DNA of 19,413 nucleotides from Amoeboradix gromovi X-113 (taxonomy: Eukaryota > Fungi > Sanchytriomycota), in NCBI GenBank assembly GCA_018985225.1, contig JADGIF010000109.1:1-19413 (forward strand), given 5' to 3'. Both the position numbers and the translations under genes were made by a program. Shown one piece after another: positions 19,283 through 19,413 of the stretch. Each line of letters begins with the position of its first letter. Position 1 is the stretch's first letter. The notes under the pieces were generated by a model that made no database searches, was not told the DNA's origin, and worked only from the letters and a program-made list of their open reading frames with translations.

Positions 19283-19413
19283 TCGTTAAAAGTCCTGGAT
19301 TTCTAAAGATCAAGAGGTTCGAATTGAAAACTAGCAATGATTGTCGCTCCGTTTCAGCGATTCCTCACGCTTCCAATATGCCGAGCTGAGATTGAATACG
19401 CATCCGTCTATGT
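19283..19413 (-). mobile_element. Right end / putative omegaRNA of another Fanzor-family copy, running off the window edge
   Basis: The minus strand reads tattcaatctc...aagcgtgaggaatcgctgaaacggag...cattgctagtttt...tcttgatctttagaaatccaggacttttaacga and is colinear with copies 1 and 2. Confidence 0.75.

Noticed and set aside
889-19398. Interpreting the repeated modules as a CRISPR array
   Set aside because: The copies are dispersed, occur in both orientations, are long and degenerate, and there are no cas genes.

Overview
AT-rich, very gene-dense eukaryotic DNA that looks like a compact early-diverging fungal (holomycotan) genome. The taxon is inferred and not identified. There are twelve host genes: PCT1, a divergent beta-propeller protein, an NDUFC2-like complex I subunit, RPB6, LCL2, YTM1, MED6, TPS2, AGX1, an AFG3-type m-AAA protease, an aldo-keto reductase and NTE1. 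Two things stand out. (1) Nearly every intergenic gap larger than about 250 bp holds remnants of one Fanzor2-like (eukaryotic TnpB, OMEGA) element family. These include degenerate RuvC/zinc-finger coding fragments and about seven dispersed copies of a ~115-nt structured right-end module that looks like an omegaRNA scaffold. The module has a GNRA hairpin and a terminal hairpin, ends in GACTTTTAACGA in the best copies, and is followed by a different flank each time. No intact Fanzor or transposase is present in the window. (2) Four genes are split by 19-20-nt GT-AG introns with a fixed TTA-N3-AG 3' end. In addition, most stop codons overlap an AATAAA motif.
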